A stretch of 64,000 nt of DNA. It comes from Ancylonema sp. Taxonomy: Eukaryota. The position numbers and the translations under genes were made by a program. Below, piece after piece: positions 53,332 to 64,000 of the stretch. The DNA lies in NCBI GenBank assembly GCA_050230475.1, contig JBFLGF010000083.1, positions 1 through 64,000 on the forward strand. The letters run 5' to 3'. How positions within the stretch are numbered: position 1 is the stretch's first letter; the number at the start of each line of letters is the position of its first letter. The notes beneath the pieces are model-generated. The model searched no databases. It worked only from the letters and a program-made list of their open reading frames with translations, and had not been told where the DNA came from.

Positions 53332-53689
53332 TATGTACACGAAAAGTTTGGCGCATCTTTATGGGAGTTTTGGCAAAATCTGGCGCATCTCGGCGCATGT
53401 CGGTGGGTTCCGAACCGATCCTCTTGTTGCGGCGCACATCCAACCGAGAACAAATTTGTCAGAACCACCAAGTGGCTAGAGGATCTCTCCATTCTGGTCC
53501 AGAATTCTACTCCGTGGCATCAGATGGCCTAAATCCGGAGAGTAAGATAATAATGGCTCGATGGTGTATGGGATCGGATGTCCGCGAAAACATGTGGTCA
53601 GATGAATATGTGTGAAATATTTGTGCCGTCTACTGGCCAGGTGCCGCGCGATCTTCACACATTCAAGGACTCCGTATTTTTATTATGGG

Positions 53690-54050
53690 ATGAGTTTATA
53701 GTCCTGAATGACTCTTTTGGAGAATGAGTTTTTCCCTGAACGAGTCTTTTGGAAAATGAGTCTTTTAGAAAACGAGTCTTTTTTTAGCATGAGTCTTTTG
53801 GTGAATGAGTCTTTTTTTACGGAGTCTTTATGGAATGAGTATTATTTGACGGAGTCTTTTGCAAAATGAGTCTTTTTTGACGGAGTCTTTTTTTGGAATG
53901 AGTCTTTTTTGGAATGAGTCTTTTTTGACGGAGTCTTTTGGAGAATGAGTCTTTTTTTACGGAGTCGTTTTTGGAATGAGTCTTTTTTGGAATGAGTCTT
54001 TTTTGGAATGAGTCTTTTTTAGAATGAGCCTTTTTTGGTATGTCTTTTGG
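53690..54050. repeat. Tandem array of 16-18 bp GAATGAGTCTTTTT units
   Basis: About twenty degenerate copies. A short three-copy version is at about 51563-51605. Confidence 0.9.
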
Positions 54051-54235
54051 GGGGAATCTTTCGGAGACTAAGGAAAAACCCCCCAAAAAACACCAAAAAA
54101 CCGAACGAGAACCCAAAAAAACCGAGAAGCACGGGAAAAGCACGGTACAGTAAACCCTCGATATTACGACCAAAGTAAATTCTCGATACAATTCTCAATA
54201 TCACGAGTCGTGAATCACAACTCGTGATATTGAGA

Positions 54236-55226
54236 TTTGGGTGGGCAACCGTTCGTCCGACCGCGATTCCGCCATCCGACCGCGATTCCGCCACACGACC
54301 GTTTCGACCGCCACCCGACCGCCCCGACCGCCCCCGCCGCCATGGCCCGGTGGCGGAATCGCGTTCGGGTGGCGGGCGGAACGGTCGGGTGGCGGTTGGG
54401 TGTAGCGATACGATTCTTCTTAATTAATCTTTAGTAGTGTTCACTAGTGTTAAAAAGTGTTAATCAATGTCAATCAATTCTCAATAATTAATGTGTCTCT
54501 AAACAATGGTTAATTGATGTTAATTTATTCTTCTTAATAAATGTTAATTGATGTTGATTACTATTTTTGTAGGGTCGTATTGCCAACGTTTTGCCTTTTG
54601 AGGTCATCTTTGCCATTTTTATGAGTGCAACATCATAACGCCTTGAAAAACTGGAAAAAAAAAAAAAAAGATGCTCGATGACACGCACAATAAATTGTGT
54701 ACTTTCACCATCTTGTAGACTACAAGTTGTAACATATGACACTATGGGAAAAAATTTACGGGAAAAAATAAATGTGTACTCTGCAATGTTTTCACGATGA
54801 GAGTATTGTCAATCACTTATTTATAACTACATTATTTTTGCAAACCGGTTTCAAATGTCAACCGGTTTAAAATTATATATGTTACAAATTAACACATCAT
54901 AATCATTCGCAATACAAAGGATCACAAATCAACATTTAGAACCGCGAAAAAACGAGTGTGTAAAATGCTCGTGTGACCGATGCGGACGGACCTACCACTA
55001 ATATATTCAGTGTTACATTATATTTTAAAAAACGCCTCGAAGTTTTCATTTTTGATTATTTTCCCACCGCCAACCAACCGGGGCGGTTGGGCAGTTGGGT
55101 GGCGGTTGGACAACGGAATTGCGGTCGGGTGGCAGAATCGCGGTTAGGTGGCGGACGGAGCGGTTAGGCGGCGGTCGGAGGCGAAACATATGGGTGGCGG
55201 TTGGGTGTAGCGATAAGATTCTTCCC
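54236..55226. mobile_element. ACCGCC-repeat element (family of 49138-51090); boundaries approximate
   Basis: Head-to-head ACCGCC/GGCGGT arrays. The terminus-like GGGTGGCGGTTGGGTGTAGCGATA.GATTCTT occurs twice (about 54390-54420 and 55192-55223). Confidence 0.55.
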
Positions 55227-55243
55227 TCGTATACGAGACGTAG

Positions 55244-55827
55244 CATAGTTGCACCCATACGGCAACACAAAAAACATACGCCGTATGCCATACTTTTGCC
55301 AGCCATACGTGGCGCGTCCATTCGGCTACATACTTTCGGGCAAAAATTCCATATTGAAAAATCCATTTCACAAATATGGTTATTCTAAAACTAATCAACC
55401 CGTAATCGTACGTGGCACACCTAAGCTCTGCACCTACATAAAATGTGTAGGCGTAGGTGTATGTCTACGAGTCGGCGGCTAACTGCGTCTCTCCGATCGG
55501 AATTTTCATAGATGTCCCTATGCTACATGCTATTCGTATGAGGTTTGGTTAGATTCTTGGCGGCGAAAACAAGTACTTGGCGGCGAGAAGACATCATTAT
55601 GCATCAAAGTCTTGACTTGAGACGGTAGATAATCAGCTTGGCAAATCGTTCCGTCACCCCTTTCAACCACGCCAATGAGATTCGGCTTGTGGTGATATCG
55701 ATAGGCGGGAGAAAAAAGAAAAAAAAAAAAAACTAGCCGTATGGGAAACTTCATACGGCAAGAATCATGTATGGGCCGTATGCAAACGACTGTATGCAAA
55801 CGGCAACCACGTATTGGTGCAACTATG
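55244..55827. mobile_element. hAT-type MITE (CATACG repeats)
   Basis: TIR CATAGTTGCACC. Perfect 8-bp TSD AGACGTAG at 55236-55243 and 55828-55835. Confidence 0.92.
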
Positions 55828-56297
55828 AGACGTAGCAGGGTAAGATATTTCTCAATAGGTATGATGGGAATAAGTATGACATGCTGGAACCATTAAAAAA
55901 AAATGAAATTAGATTGGTTATTAATTTAGACATGAAATTTTGGGTGAAAACTAAAATCGGGCGGAATCGTCATATGCGAAAAACAACGTTCTATACACGG
56001 TATAAGGACATTCACTAACATCTTTATTAAATAATTTGTTTTTACACATCGTTGTTATGCTTATATCGAGGGCGATTTTTTATTGATTTTAAAAAGGTTC
56101 AAAAAAACCGTTCTTCTATTGAGGTTGATCTAATAAAGAGGGTTTTTTTATCGAGGGAGCCTTGTAGTACAAATATAAAAAAGTACTCGCTATGAGAAAC
56201 CTTTTTTAATTATAACATCCTTAAATTTCTTATATCGGGGTTTGAGTGTTATCCCGCCAACCGACAAGGCGTTGCGCAGCCGTCGATGTCGTGACCA

Positions 56298-56305
56298 GAA
56301 TATGC
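56298..56305. promoter_or_regulatory. P1BS-like phosphate-starvation element (GNATATNC)
   Basis: GAATATGC, 357 bp upstream of the PstS-like ATG. Confidence 0.5.
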
Positions 56306-56476
56306 AATGAGGCCGACATCATTTGCACGTGCGCTATTCACGCGTCGCTTCAGCAGTGCACTTGCACCAGCGCATGTTCCCGCGTGGCGCGAGAAGACAA
56401 TTTCAGCCGTCCAACTTTTCACAGACCATGAAAAGATGCTCTTTCCGGCCGTCATGGTCGCCGTCCAACCCGACTG

Positions 56477-56484
56477 GAATATTC
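56477..56484. promoter_or_regulatory. P1BS-like phosphate-starvation element (GNATATNC)
   Basis: Palindromic GAATATTC, 178 bp upstream of the PstS-like ATG. Confidence 0.55.
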
Positions 56485-56654
56485 TCTTTTGGACTACCAA
56501 TTGAACGGCGCCAGCGCACCAGGAAGCGTCAGCACTGACAACTGTATTGGAATTCGCCTGGAGTACTTTAAAAGAAGCGAAGAAACTAACAGAGAAAAGG
56601 TGCAAGAACGGAAATCCATCCGAAAAACCTGACCTGAATTTCAAGTTGCCCACA

Positions 56655-58165
56655 ATGGCTTCTCGTCTCTGCCTCTCCCTCCTCATCCTGGCTACTGTCT
56701 GCGCTGCTGCGAATGGGCAGATCTGGGGTGGTGCCAGCTCCGTCGTTGCTGTAAGTCATCCTCTTGCCGGTTTTGTAAATAAATTCTGGCTGGAAGAGTT
56801 TTTCTTCCACTAATATCTCCTGCCGGAACGGCTAGGAAATTATGAAGTTGGCTCTGTCAAAATCCTAATGTCCAGTCTTGTTTAGGCGCTCCTTCCTGAA
56901 TTCGAAGTAGGTAATCTCGTCTGGCTGAATGTAGAAGCTCAGTGAATTCTCATGCCACAGAAATCAAATTTGTCACCTGCGTGTCAATTCCGTCAGCTCA
57001 AAGCTCATATCGTCTGTATGGATTATGTCGCCATTTCTCCAATTGTCGTTCTCGATTAAGTTTGAATAATTCTCACTCCATTTCTGTTTTATTCGCTATG
57101 CTATTTTTGCAGTACGCGAATGCACTGACGGATGCAAAGCCAACCATTGGTACATATGTCAGCGTTGGCTCTACAGGCGGAATTGCTAACTTCTTCTCTA
57201 GTAACTTCGCTGCTGCCACTTCCGACGATCCTATGAGTGTTGCGAACGATTCCCTGGCCACTACTACCTTCGGCGGGAAGAACACCTTCCCGATTGCGCT
57301 CACGACATACTCATTCGTTACCCGCAAGGCCAGAGGCATTCAGATCACTGGCGCTCAGATGGCGGGTATTTACTCTGGTAAAATCAGGAAGTGGGCGCAG
57401 ATCAAGAAGGGTCTAAGGGGATTTATCGTCCCAGTCTGCCGTGATTCTGGATCTGGTACCACCCAGATTATCACGAAATGGTTGAATCAATACGACAGCG
57501 CAATCCCTGTCACGCAGAGTGTTCTTACCACCGTCCTCAACCCCAAAAGCCCACACCTCATTACTGCCGCCGGCTCGACTGGTATGGCTGCTTCCACCAA
57601 AAACAGGAATGTTATCGCTTACGTCCAGACAGGAGTTGGACTTTCCTCTATGTATGGAAATCACGAAGTTGCTATTCAGAACGTCGCTGGTGCATTTGTG
57701 CTGGCCACTGCTGCGGATCCTCTGCTGTCTATTCCCAGGTAAATTATTATATTTTCTACGCTTGCGATGGGATGATTTTAACACATGTTTGGGAAATGTT
57801 GTCAACTGGTAACATGTGATTAGTTTGTATGTTTACAAAACATCAATCTTTGTCTCTTGGAATATCGTTAACACATTCAATTTAATGTCTGCAGATCTCT
57901 TCCTGGCCCTACAAGCTCTTGGGCAGCTGTAACTCTTGTGAATGCAAATGGGCAAGGCACCTATCCTCTCGCTTCCTTTGAGTTCACCTTCGTCCGCACA
58001 GCGTACCACGGTGCCTTCTCCGGCAAGGTTCCCGCTCTCAAGCAATTTTTCGCCTTCACCCTTTCCGTCCAGGGTCAGAACTTGGGAAAATCAGCCTACT
58101 TCACCCCCATCCCCACTAAAGTGAATAGGGCTAGTCTGCGTGCCCTCAGGAAGATTACTGCTTGA
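56655..58165 (+). CDS. Secreted PstS-like periplasmic-type phosphate-binding protein, 4 exons
   Basis: Exons 56655-56750, 56886-56906 (inferred 21-nt microexon), 57113-57738, 57895-58165. Signal peptide MASRLCLSLLILATVCAAANG. PstS-family motifs GGASS, YVSVGSTGG, SDDP, IYSGKIRKW, RDSGSGTT, IAYV, NVAGAFV, YPLASF. Confidence 0.85.
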
Positions 58166-59659
58166 ACATGACAATTATGAGTGTTATGAGTGAAGAGGGA
58201 TAAAGAGGTTAGTTAAGAATCTCTCTCCTGAAGTATTATCTATTTTTTGTAATTCGAGGAAGTGGTTGAATTTAGGAAGTAGATCGTACTTCGTTAGAAG
58301 AGGTGATGAATAGTATGCTGGTGTATTGTACAATGAAAAGACGGTTGTAAGTTGCATGACATGTTGTGTTTTTATCGATTATAATGGTTGGTAATATTTA
58401 ATGTCTTGAATAAACATACGTTATCCTCGCATGACCATAACCCAAAAAAAAAACGGAATATTGCGCCCGACTTCGTGAAGACATCCTCACATACTGTATA
58501 GCCAACAAATAGCAACTCGATTTTATATACAGAAAAAAACACCTAATTTATTATTTTTTGCCCTATTTGCAAAACAATGATAATATATTTCAAATTTTGA
58601 ATACGGGATCATAGATATTATCTACTGTACACAATATTCCATAGCAATTAAAATAAAAATGACACCTGTCATGACTTTACAATGCAGGCTGTCATATGTC
58701 ACCAATACGACATATATGTTGCATAAGCTTGTGTAATAGCAAAGACATGTATATACTCTCCGTACACAATCTACATAACACTATATTTTACTACCTTGAA
58801 GGAGAATATTCTTCATACTAATATGCATCGCATGACACTGATTCTCTGTTTTTTTTCACAATTCATACACCATGCCTTCCTTCAAAGGAAAATTGTTCGT
58901 ATAGCTTGTGAAACTAGCACGCCGTACGTGAACGTTATGCACCTTTTAAGCACACAACTTAAAACAACTATTTAATCACCTTCGTCACCATGTTGACAGG
59001 TTAGTTGACCAGTAGCATTCACTATTCGTTTTCAGCTGCACGTTGGAAAACTCAAGTTTCTCTCTGCGGCGCGCGACATAATCAAATTTACCATGGGTTT
59101 AACTAGCAAATGCGACATTATCGACAAATAGCGGAAACACCTTACGTGATTATAGGTAATGACCCGAAAAATAATCCCGAAAGGCGTGTATTAGGTCAAT
59201 TTTCCAATCTAAGTTATTGCCCACTAGGCCATGTATTACATTCGATTTTTTAAAAGTGGGTCATGAAATGAAATGCGGTTTGGTGATCTCCTACCATTAT
59301 ATGACTCGTTCCCACGTGCCCGTGTTCCCATTGTGGACTTATTTTGGCCGGATTACTCTGATCTAACGGGTCGATTGCGATCGACCCTATCCGTACAGAT
59401 GTACTCGTACAATTTATGATAGTGGCGCGACATGGTAGGTGTACCTTTCATAAATATCGATCATAAATAATGATACCCCAAAAAATGTTTGGTTGTTTTT
59501 GAGTGGGTTTGGCACTCGACATGGGAATTCCCATCTGCCTTGGTCAAGTTGATGGGTCACCGGAAATTATTTCCCGATATGCCGGGATCAAGTTCTGGGT
59601 CCTGATTAAACTAATTCAAATTTGTTTTAACTCGAGTCATTATCTATGACTCGAGTCAT

Positions 59660-59769
59660 ATGATGACCCACATTATAGAATGATCTAATTTTTTCGACAA
59701 TTGAATTATTTGATTTGACCCGACCCACCCTTTTCATATTTATTTAAGGATTATGTGTGGTCAGTATGG
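59660..59769 (-). mobile_element. Partial copy of the 5297-family MITE
   Basis: TTTGACCCGACCCACCCTTTTCAT and the terminus TTATGTGTGGTCAGTATGG followed by TA are the reverse complement of the 5297 left half. Confidence 0.65.
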
Positions 59770-59960
59770 TAAGTGTCTTAATTTGCTACGTTTGAGAAGG
59801 TGGATAATTAGCTAAAAGGATTGCAAACATTGGGGCATGTACGTGATGAGAGCCATTCAGCGTTTGTACGTGTGCAATATTCGTGTTTTTATAAGTGTTT
59901 GGAAAAAAATTCATCATTAGCGTAGGTTCTATGCAAAAATGGAGTGCTTGTTGTAGATTA

Positions 59961-61036
59961 CAATAAACCCTTGATAAAGTGACACTCGATATAGTGACAC
60001 TCACGATATAGTGACATTTTTTCTGCCCATTTTCTAATCCTATATAAAAACTCACTCGATATAGTGACAATCGCTATAGTGACACACGTTATAGTGACTA
60101 AATTTTCCCATATTTAACTATTGAGATGTCATTGTAGAGTGAAACGTGCCTAAATTAACGTTGTGAAAATTAATTACCGCCCAAATATAATAGAAAACAA
60201 TTGATAATAAATTAATAACCTGCCTGAATTAATAGTTTATACATGTCCTGACATAATTATTTCAAAGAGGTTTTATTGTAGCGAGTGGATATTAAAACAA
60301 ACGTCACATAGATGACCTACCTTCTTCAATAAAAACCTCTGCGCATCTGATCTGGATGCTCAAAATAACCTAAAATTCACTTTCCTTCGATATAGTGACA
60401 TTGGCTCAATGCTCAGTTGGCCCCGCCCCGGGCGGGGACTTTCCCGCCCGGGGCGGGAATTGCGGGGTGGGGCCATAGGCCAAATTACCACCAAAAAAAA
60501 AATGCCGCAATGCGGAGATATAGTAGGATTTGTCAAAAATTGACTTCTTGCACAATGTCACAATGTGCACCATACGCCACAATTCCGACATCATCTAATG
60601 TCACCCATGAGTCCGACTCCGTGGCGTAGTGTGGTATAATGCGATGAAAATAAAAATCAAAAAAATAAAACTTGAGATACACAAAAGAATATTACACGGG
60701 TAAAGATGGCAGGCGTACTTAGTGTTATAAAATCTTGTCGGATTTGACTTTTAAAAAGATGTACATGATCTACGTGGTCTTTGGGTCCTTTTACAAAAAA
60801 GCCTAAAAAACCTCTGTAGCCCCGCCGCGGGCGGGAAATTTTCCGCCCGGGGCGCCGTCTGGGGCGGGCCTGCCCGGGGCGGAGATCGGGGCGGGATTTG
60901 CGGGGCGGGGCCATCTATGGCTCAATGTCGCCCTATCAAATATCACTATATAGCGTATAGTGACACCCCTGGCATTCGATATAGTGACATTATTTTCCAC
61001 TGTCTATAAAATTGTCACTATATCTAGGGTTTACTG
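59961..61036. mobile_element. pogo/Tc1-mariner-type MITE with GATATAGTGACA repeats
   Basis: TIR CARTAAACCCTWGATAWAGTGACA with TA on both sides. Contains a nested hAT element. Confidence 0.8.
60412..60919. mobile_element. hAT-type MITE (CCCGCC/GGCGGG repeats)
   Basis: TIR core TGGCCCCGCCCCG, right end CCATCTATG. Perfect 8-bp TSD GCTCAATG at 60404-60411 and 60920-60927. Confidence 0.88.
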
Positions 61037-61525
61037 TATCATCAATGTTAGAATGTAAGACTGTTGAGAACATTGATGTGGATTGCCCAAAATGTGTGGG
61101 TTGCATCAGTTTTGGCTACTTATTAGAGCGTCAACATTTTGTCGTGATACTCGGTGCACGTGATTGAATGAATATTACAAGGTATATACCGATATTGGTA
61201 TATTACTTGGGTCTTTCCAAGACCCAAGTTGTGGTGTCGCCGAAACAAAATCGTTATTTGTACGGTTTTGCCGTACTTATTTGGCCACATGCGTGTCGTG
61301 GCGGTTTCTGATTGGCTGTTCGTTTATTTTGTTGCAATGCTGACGTGGCATTGATGACGTGTCAGTCCGTAATTGGCTCATTTTCCCGTTTTTTTCTGGA
61401 AAATTTCGCGTGGTTCTGTTCGTTTTTTTGGGGTCAGCGGCTTGCAAGCGGGGGGCCACCACTAGCGCCACTGCTAAAAAAAAAGTAGGCGTTCGATTAC
61501 TAGAGGCGATTTCAATTGTTTTAGG

Positions 61526-61874
61526 CCCTCTACTACACCCCTCCCTTTCCTACTGCTTTTCCCTGTTCTCCCTCATCCTTGTAGGACGTGCGGTTCTGTG
61601 CAGCAAGAGGGCTGGTGAATAAGATTTCAACAAACACTAATCCTCATACGTTGGAGTAATTCTAAGTTGGAGTATGCGGGGGGCCACCACTTGCTCCATA
61701 GCAATTTAATTTCGGTGTTCAGTTTCAACATGCAATTTCACGTGTGTCTGGTTCGATAAGCGTATGCGACTTCACGTGTGTCTAGCCCTCTACTACAACC
61801 CTCGATTCCTATTTCTTTTACTATCCCTCATCCCTGTAGGACGTGCGTTCTGTGCAGCAAGAGCTGTGGTGAAT
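61526..61874. repeat. Local direct duplication of about 90 bp
   Basis: CCCTCTACTACA...TCCCTCATCC.TGTAGGACGTGCG.TTCTGTGCAGCAAGAG occurs at 61526-61620 and 61786-61874. Confidence 0.75.
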
Positions 61875-63229
61875 CTGTGTACGCAGATGTGATTTTACCG
61901 CATACCAGCGCACCACAGCTGTTGCGGCACATAGGTTAAAAGTTTTAGATTGCGTGCGGCTGATTTCAGATGTATTGTTCAGCCATCTGCAAGACAACGG
62001 GATTGGGTTTGATTTAAAAGTGTGCGAATGTTAAAGCATGCGATAAGAAGCAGAAGGCAAGTCCGCCAAGTCCATGGTCCAGACTTATGCCACATGAATC
62101 CCGCTGCACACAATCGGAACGCAGTCGGTCAGTATCTTGGTCAGTGAACGACAATTCTGATACAGCTCGCAGTTGGCAGCTGAAAAACAGGGCTGACCAG
62201 ATGTCTAGCTAACGGGCTGCCTGGCTGACTGGCTGGCTGGCTAACTTGTTGGCTGGCTGGCTAACTTGTTGACTGGCAGCACGGAGCCGCTTCTGAAATA
62301 TGTTCGTAATTGAGCTGCAGTCTAAGGTACAGTTTGCAGTGTGAAGATGCATGACAGCTCATGCATAACAGCAGATGCATAACATGAGCGGAATACATTA
62401 TGAATTGAAACGCAAAACGAGCAGCACAGAGCCGAACAACACGATTAACTTTTATGAGTTACTTGCGATCAGTTCTTTGTGCACAGACGCACAGCCGTGC
62501 GGCCGCGCAGCCACGCAGCCACACAGCGAAATGAGCAACCTACGACCTACAGTCGACAATTCAAAACAGTTTACAGTCTCCAGTCTACGAAGGCAAGAAA
62601 CGCAGTCGCAAAGTGAAACGTTGAGAGCATTACCTTCCAAAGAGGTATTCCAAATTCTGGCGGAGACGGCGGAAGTCTCGCTGAATGCAGCTCGTAGTTT
62701 CTTGTCGTGGCAAACGAGCCAGCTGGAACTACGATAAAAGTGCAGAGAGTCACCCCTATCGATACTAGAGTCTCGTACTCTAGAGAAGGAATGATAGAAA
62801 TAAATGAGCAGAGCCCAGTCGCTTTCTGAATTAAGGACTGCGAGTTGAAGGCCTTCCAGCTGGAACTACGATAAAAATGGCAGAAACTTCAAGCAACTCA
62901 AGCGCACACAGCACCAGCACGACTAAGAATGTGACTCGGCTATCCTGGAAGCTGACGGCTGCTGTAGGAAGATGGTAAACGAAAGTGCCGCCTTCCGAAT
63001 TTTCGACTGCGAGAGAGAGCCGCCTTCTGTGCCAGAGATGGCAAAATAGCCTTCGAAGTTCAGAGATGCATCGTCAAGTTCCATACTATTGACACGGGAT
63101 GGCACAATAGGTTCTAAATAGTCGGTGACATGTGCTGGGGGTTGCGCAGCCCGCAGCCCGCAGCCCACGGGATTAAATCGAAGAGTGCCTGTGCCCTGTC
63201 AAATCTCAGCCGTTGCACGTGATATATGA

Positions 63230-64000
63230 AGCGTGTCCTGTTCCACGTATCACATGATACGTGGCCATTGACACGTGTTTATTTCTTCGTTCCATGTTCG
63301 ATTGAGTAAGCTTCCACGTGTCAAGTATCACGTGTAGCGTGACACGTGTCCTTTTACTCGTATCTCAATAAACATGGTTATTGCCACGTGTCGTTATTTT
63401 CCTTCACGGAATGCCACGTGTCATGTATGACGTGTAATATGATACGTGGAACATAACACGTAGACTGTGGTACTTGACACGTGGCTTCGTTTAAATATGC
63501 CATGTGGCATGCCATGTATCAATGTGTTACGTGTATTGTGACAAGTGCCCTTTCACACATATCTTAAAAGGTATGGTTATTGCCACATGTCACTTTATTC
63601 TTCACAGAGGCTATTTAGTTCAATACCACGTGTCAAGTGTCATGTGTCATATGATACGTAGAACATAACACGTAGACCGTATTACTTGACACGTGGCTTC
63701 GTTGAAATACTCCATGTGGCATGCGATGTGTTAACGTGTCACGTGTATCATGCCAAATGTCCTCTCACAAGTATCACAAAAGGCATGGTTCTTGCTACTT
63801 GTCACTTTTTCCTTCATGGAGGCTACTTAGTAAGATGCCACGTGTCACGTGTGACGTGTCGTATGATACGTGACACTTAACACGTGGACCTTGGCGCTTG
63901 ACATGTGGCTGTGTTGAAATATGCCATGTGTCACGTGAATCGTGGCTTGTCCTTTCACACAGACCTTAAGACACAGGTATTGCCACGTGTCGCTTATTCC
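63230..64000. repeat. About 200-210 bp tandem repeat rich in CACGTG; continues beyond the window
   Basis: Anchor ATGGTTATTGCCAC recurs near 63375, 63573, 63785 and 63975. CTTGACACGTGGCT also recurs at the same spacing. Confidence 0.85.

Noticed and set aside
53690..54050. CRISPR-like array, and Lys-rich ORF 53817-54191
   Set aside because: Units are directly tandem without unique spacers, there are no cas genes and the context is eukaryotic; the ORF is just the repeat translated.
62375..63168. Short ORFs of 60-120 aa near the window end
   Set aside because: No recognisable domain or consistent splice structure.

Overview
Eukaryotic, intron-rich genomic DNA. The gene set and GC-rich exons suggest a green-lineage (probably streptophyte algal) genome; this is inference, not an identification. 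Host genes: the 3' part of TRRAP/Tra1 (+), a 10-exon pyruvate decarboxylase (+), a decayed PMT-type methyltransferase (-), an RPA-interacting protein gene with two apparent lesions (+), a 10-exon PP2A scaffold subunit A (-), and a 4-exon secreted PstS-like phosphate-binding protein (+) with two upstream P1BS motifs. The intergenic space is mostly nested transposons whose ends and target-site duplications (TSDs) can be read directly: more than ten hAT-type elements with 8-bp TSDs, two MULEs with 9-bp TSDs, Tc1/mariner-type MITEs, a full-length decayed Copia, two solo LTRs and a CRE-like non-LTR fragment. The most striking observation is a 278-bp LTR element (9228-9505, minus strand) with only 32 bp between its LTRs. 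Its primer-binding site is complementary to its own predicted transcript start, as in Tf1-style self-priming. It lies inside a roughly 1-kb inverted repeat pair flanking a 500-bp (TA)n tract. All coordinates were read by eye, and no database search was run.
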